Below are positions 63,360-64,000 of a stretch of DNA of 64,000 nucleotides, in pieces. The DNA comes from Lama guanicoe (Eukaryota): positions 20,295,082 to 20,359,081 of the forward strand of contig MU054323.1 of assembly GCA_013239625.1 (NCBI GenBank), given 5' to 3'. The first letter of the stretch is position 1. Every line of letters begins with the position of its first letter. The notes under the pieces were generated by a model. The model had not been told where the DNA came from and made no database searches. It saw only the letters and a program-made list of their open reading frames with translations. Both the position numbers and the translations under genes were made by a program.

Positions 63360-64000
63360 TATTTGTTCACAGGTGTAAGTGTCTCAATAAAAGTGGAACT
63401 GCTGGGTCAAAGGACATATATTTGATAGATTCTGCTAAACTATCTTCAAAAAAACCTGAACAATATTGAACAGTGTCCATTTCCCCACACGATTTCCAAC
63501 ATTGGGTGTTACCAATCTTTAAAATTTTTTTTTCCTCTGACAGGCTCTCACTATGCCTACATTTCAGCTTCAGCCATGAGTGAAGGTAATGTGTGCTTCC
63601 CCAAATTATCATCATGCTCCACTCACGTGCAATGGCTTCAAATCTGCATCACACTTTAGACCCACACCTCTTCCTCCTCCTAAGGGAAAGTAAAGGGTCA
63701 TTTCTCCACATGATGCTGGTGAGGCTCTTGGACTATTAGGACAGGAAGGGATCTTAGATGCTGCCAAATCCCAGGGGTTCTGAAAGACATTCAAGATGGT
63801 CCTTGCTGTTACAGGTGGCAGGGCATCTTTTCAATTTCTACTTAGATAAATAATAATTAAAATAATTCTTCAGACACCTTCTTGCCCCATGAACATGGTA
63901 TGAATTCAGGAGCCTCTGAATGCCTGTTGAACAGCACCTGCAGCACCAGAAGTGTGTGTGTAACTCAGCTGCTCAGGTGGGTCCAAAGTGGGTTTTGACT

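Overview
Mammalian (not prokaryotic) genomic DNA: the conserved MTA3-OXER1-HAAO block, probably from a camelid (two Vic-1-like tRNA-derived SINEs). Plus strand: the last 8 coding exons of MTA3 (1566-32178; SANT end, GATA zinc finger, C-terminal tail), with the intron-read-through short isoform ending ...[10 protein letters not shown] and a probable ~3.6 kb 3' UTR. Minus strand: single-exon GPCR OXER1 (ATG 43544 to stop 42432) and the complete 10-exon HAAO gene (ATG 56112 to stop 46103; 861 nt = 286 aa + stop) with a CpG-island promoter. The rest is intronic/intergenic DNA with old L1, L2, MIR, LTR and DNA-transposon remnants (repeat boundaries approximate, families assigned by eye). Most short ORFs in the track are noise or partial exon overlaps. 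I found no convincing new multi-gene system. The best leads are an apparent 1-nt frameshift in the OXER1 C-terminal tail, a candidate in-frame 9-nt MTA3 microexon in the SANT domain, a GC-AG intron in HAAO, a NAGNAG acceptor in MTA3, and a three-layer nested L1/L1/SINE insertion. All comparisons to human proteins and repeat consensi are from memory, not from a database search.
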